Assembly: GCA_964019425.1 (NCBI GenBank)
Contig: OZ025783.1
Location: 1,674,001 to 1,738,000, forward strand
Direction: 5' to 3'
From: Flectonema sp. DT1601
Lineage: Eukaryota
DNA length: 64,000 nucleotides
Position 1 is the stretch's first letter, and every line of letters starts with the position of its first letter. The notes beneath the pieces were generated by a model. The model had not been told where the DNA came from. It saw nothing but the letters and a program-made list of their open reading frames with translations, and did no database searches. This document shows, piece after piece, positions 61,059-64,000 of the stretch. The position numbers were made by a program, and so were the translations under genes.

Positions 61059-61110
61059 ACTAGCTCCCTGTGTGGAATATAAATGCTCATCATGGAGCCT
61101 TTGAAACCGC
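61059..61110 (+). repeat. 52-bp perfect direct repeat, copy 2
   Basis: Identical to 58361-58412. Confidence 0.97.
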
Positions 61111-61453
61111 ATCCTCTTTTCTCTCTCTTTTACTACGGATCTTGGATGACGCGCAAAAGGAGGGTTCTTTCACTTTTTGTTGTCGGAATCTTGTCTGTCT
61201 ATCCATCCTGAAAGTTTGATCTATGATTCGTGAGTTGGTGGATTGTACTATTTTTCAACCAGCAAAACTAATCATAACAATGAAGGGTGGATAACAAGAT
61301 GAAATGGAACTCATGCCGTTTTAGGGATGCAGCAATGATTCTGGTGTCGATCAGGTCTTTCTTTTTTTTAATCGCGTTAATACCTTTTCTTTTTTCATGA
61401 AAATAATTTTGTAACCTGTACTTAATTACTTGACTCCTCAGCATCAAAAGAAA

Positions 61454-61885
61454 ATGGGAAAGCCACGTGGTATTAACACAGCGAGAAAGCTGAAGACCAG
61501 AAGAAGAACCCAGAAGTGGGCTGACAAGGACTGGAAGAAGGCTCACTTGAGCGTTTCAATTAAGGCGAATGTATTCGGAGGATCTTCCCACGTTAAAGGA
61601 ATCGTTTTAGAGAAGATTGGTGTCGAAGCGAAGCAGCCGAATTCGGCCATCAGAAAGTGCGTTCGTGTTCAGCTAATTAAAAACGGAAAGAAAATCCTCG
61701 CGTTCGTTCCAAACGATGGTTGCCTTCACTTTGTTGAGGAAAACGACGAAGTTCTTGTTGCAGGTCTTGGGCGTTCTGGTCACGCTGTTGGAGACATTCC
61801 CGGAGTTCGTTTCAAGATCAGTAAAGTTTCGGGTGTAGGTCTATTTGCCCTGTACCGTGAGAAGAAGGAGAAGCCACGTTCTTAG
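61454..61885 (+). CDS. RPS23: 40S ribosomal protein S23 (uS12)
   Basis: [13 protein letters not shown]...[25 protein letters not shown]...GDIPGVRFK...KKEKPRS. ATG at 61454 after pyrimidine tract + CAG. Confidence 0.98.
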   Translation: MGKPRGINTARKLKTRRRTQKWADKDWKKAHLSVSIKANVFGGSSHVKGIVLEKIGVEAKQPNSAIRKCVRVQLIKNGKKILAFVPNDGCLHFVEENDEVLVAGLGRSGHAVGDIPGVRFKISKVSGVGLFALYREKKEKPRS

Positions 61886-62631
61886 ACTAGCAATCACCCA
61901 TCAAACGCTCTGGCTCAACATCATCTACGCCAGCTACTCTCAACTCAAATCACAGAAACTGTTCTTCAAATCTTTCGGTGATTTCATTGTTGCTTACGAG
62001 CCATGTGGTTTTAAGGGGCAATGGAATACTTAAGATGAAGTGGTATCATTAATCATCAAAGACCGGCTTGATGCCATCGCGGAGTGCCTAGTATGGCTGT
62101 CAGTGCGTTTGTATTGTTGTTCCGCATTCAGCGAAATAAATAGTCTTTGTTACAGGAAAAACAAACATAGCAGTGAGCGAGGCGGTTTTAATTGGTTGTC
62201 TGAACAATTCTGTGTATTGTGTCAAGGTAATTAGAATATTTTATTATTTACAGGTTACCCCTAGAGACAGAATAACCCGACTTTTGTAAGCACGAGGTTT
62301 CTTCGCATTTACCTCTGAACTCTTTTATAACCCTATTTCTAGTTTAGGAAGTAACACACGTAGAGAATAATAAAATCAACTTCCTTTCATCTACTCCCAC
62401 AGTAGCCATACTTATGATGATAGAATAGAGTTAAAGAGGTAACCTAAGTTCACTTTAAAAAGCTGCAGTACAATTAATTCTATAAACCCCTCCACAGAGT
62501 AGATTCAGTACGACGTCTCGAGACGGTTAGCCTTGGCGAGCTCTAGTTAACGTTTCCACTTTTTGCTACAGTTTCAACACTAGCCGTGTCAACATCCCGT
62601 CTTGTTTTACAGGAAATTACTTAAAACAACA

Positions 62632-64000
62632 ATGCAGGTTTCTGTGACATGTCCGGATTTGGGATTCGCTGCAGTGTCAGTCACGGTTAGTGTTGATTCC
62701 CTTGTGAGCGAAGTCTTGACATCGGCGGCTGGGGAGTGGGATGTCGATACGGAGGAAGTTGAACTGTCGTTCGCTGGTGACACCCTTTGCGAAGGTGAGC
62801 GACTAGCAGATCGTGGAGTGGGTGGAGACAGCGAGTTGGAGATGTGGAAGAAGCGGTTTCGTATATTCAGTAAATGCTGGTTTGTTAATGATTCAAAACG
62901 GGAGAAGCTGCTTCGTTGGATAAGAGAACACAATGAGGAATACTTATACCTTGACACCACAACATTCACAGAGGATGGTTGCCTCGATATTGAGGATGAT
63001 TTGCTTCCTTCTGATGCCGAACGGGTTTCTTTCCGCAATTCAAATTCCGTCGCCTCAGCCATCTCACAAGTTGTCACTATTGGAGAATATTTCTTGTCTT
63101 CCTGTTCACAAATCACTTGGGATCACGACACCTGCCTCCTCGCGGCGGTCCCGGACGACTTCGATAGGGGTCGACAAGACGGTGTCAAACGCAAGGGATG
63201 CGAACAACATCAACACCAACCACCACATCAAGAGCATCCGAACACTGGATGTTTCTTATCCAACAAAGAAAGAAACAGGCTGGCCCATGCCTTGAATGGC
63301 AATGGTGGAACAAGGAAGGACAGCAGAGACCGACGCCCGCGGGACGACACTCGCGACAGGGACGAGGACCGCACGGACAAGGAAGAACGCCGGCTGGCGA
63401 AACTCGAGAAGGAAAAACTCGAGTCGCTAGACGAAATCGAGGAAGAGAAGCAGCGGCTGGGGCAACAGAGAATGGCCATGGAGCAGCACCACCACCAGAA
63501 GGAAACCAACCTTCAAGGACAAGAAAAACAGTTGGAACAGCAACGCCAACACCAACAACAAGAACTGCAAAGTCAGTACCACCAACAACAGCAGCAACTG
63601 CAAAGCCACCATCAGCTGAAGGAAACGGAAAGTCTCCAGAAGGAGCAAAACCTACAGGCTCAACTCAAAGAGCAACATCAGCACCAACAGAAGGATTTGG
63701 AGAAGCAATACCGCCAACGACAACAGCAACTGGAAAGCCAGCAGCAGAAGAAGGACGCCGAGTCCGAACAGCAAGCACATTTGACTCGGTCACAACTACA
63801 GAAGGAAAAGGAATCCTTCCAGACGGAGAAGGAACGGCTCCACCTCCAGCTGGATCAGCAGCTAAGGAATGAGAAGGACCACCTCCACCGAAAGCTCAAG
63901 GAGCAGATTGGACAAGAAAAAGTCCAACAACAACAAAAGCTCCAACAGAAGGAAGACGAGATCCAACGGCGTGAGGAAGAGGTGAACCGAGGACAGCAGC
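62632..64000 (+). CDS. Open frame running off the window: ubiquitin-like domain + start of BspA-type LRR (62632-63118) fused in frame to Gln/Glu-rich coiled coil (from ~63119)
   Basis: Hand translation from ATG 62632: MQVSVTCPDLG...VSEVLTSAAGEWDVDTEEVELSFAGDTLCEGERLADRGVGGDSELEMWKK...VVTIGEYFLSSCSQIT, then ...KEERRLAKLEKEKLES...QQRQHQQQELQSQ..., no stop to 64000. Missing from the ORF track because it has no stop in the window. Confidence 0.75.
   Translation, partial: MQVSVTCPDLGFAAVSVTVSVDSLVSEVLTSAAGEWDVDTEEVELSFAGDTLCEGERLADRGVGGDSELEMWKKRFRIFSKCWFVNDSKREKLLRWIREHNEEYLYLDTTTFTEDGCLDIEDDLLPSDAERVSFRNSNSVASAISQVVTIGEYFLSSCSQITWDHDTCLLAAVPDDFDRGRQDGVKRKGCEQHQHQPPHQEHPNTGCFLSNKERNRLAHALNGNGGTRKDSRDRRPRDDTRDRDEDRTDKEERRLAKLEKEKLESLDEIEEEKQRLGQQRMAMEQHHHQKETNLQGQEKQLEQQRQHQQQELQSQYHQQQQQLQSHHQLKETESLQKEQNLQAQLKEQHQHQQKDLEKQYRQRQQQLESQQQKKDAESEQQAHLTRSQLQKEKESFQTEKERLHLQLDQQLRNEKDHLHRKLKEQIGQEKVQQQQKLQQKEDEIQRREEEVNRGQQ
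63119..63186 (+). ncRNA. Putative HDV-like self-cleaving ribozyme
   Basis: P1 GGGAUC 63119-63124/GGUCCC 63147-63152; P2 GACACC 63127-63132/GGUGUC 63181-63186; P3 GCC 63134-63136/GGC 63144-63146; L3 UCCUCGC; GG 63153-63154 for P1.1; P4 63156-63162/63167-63173; candidate catalytic C at 63175. Confidence 0.78.
63119..64000 (+). mobile_element. Probable 5' end of a non-LTR retrotransposon inserted in the UBL-LRR gene
   Basis: Abrupt change to GC-richer, T-poor sequence starting exactly at an HDV-like ribozyme, followed by coiled-coil coding sequence. RT/endonuclease are not within the window. Confidence 0.55.

Larger units (their letters stand above)
58361..61110 (+). mobile_element. Penelope-like retroelement (CxC-linker, Naiad/Chlamys type), 5'-truncated or 5'-decayed, bounded by a 52-bp direct repeat
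   Basis: PLE-type RT ORF; CxC linker (CNC at 58422-58430, then GH...LRDFFARGQKFR); hammerhead core downstream of the ORF; A/C-rich strand bias unlike the T-rich host spacers. Confidence 0.85.

Noticed and set aside
62565..62575. GCTACAGTTTC, resembling part of a diplonemid spliced leader as recalled
   Set aside because: 11-nt match only, flanks do not continue; compatible with chance.
292..63648. All minus-strand ORFs in the track
   Set aside because: Short shadows of + strand genes or low-complexity spacers, with no recognisable motifs.
63198..63872. 224-aa ORF-track entry (Thr/Ala/Gly-rich)
   Set aside because: Alternate frame of the Gln-rich coiled-coil frame; open because the strand is T-poor.

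Overview
AT-rich eukaryotic DNA, most likely from a euglenozoan (diplonemid-like). This is inferred from architecture alone: about 22 genes all on the + strand, polypyrimidine/AG sites just upstream of the start codons (as in SL trans-splicing), and short GT-AG introns ending in A-rich ...(A)ACAG. Recognisable genes: a CD36/LIMP-2 family protein, an L-type lectin, an ePHD-finger protein, a cadherin-like repeat surface protein, a small heat-shock protein, a PH-domain protein, dihydropyrimidinase, a J-like protein, FAM221, Vps37, a JmjC oxygenase and RPS23. The most interesting part is 58.2-64 kb, which holds two retroelements. (1) A Penelope-like element of the CxC-linker (Naiad/Chlamys) type. 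Its RT is fused to an apparently intact C-terminal Josephin-like cysteine protease. It is followed by a hammerhead ribozyme core whose strands appear non-circularly permuted, and it is bracketed by a perfect 52-bp direct repeat. (2) An HDV-like ribozyme fold at the exact point where a ubiquitin-like/LRR gene switches in frame to Gln-rich coiled-coil sequence, probably the intact 5' end of a non-LTR retrotransposon. Several dispersed non-coding repeats are also present. All family assignments are by-eye motif recognition; no database searches were run.
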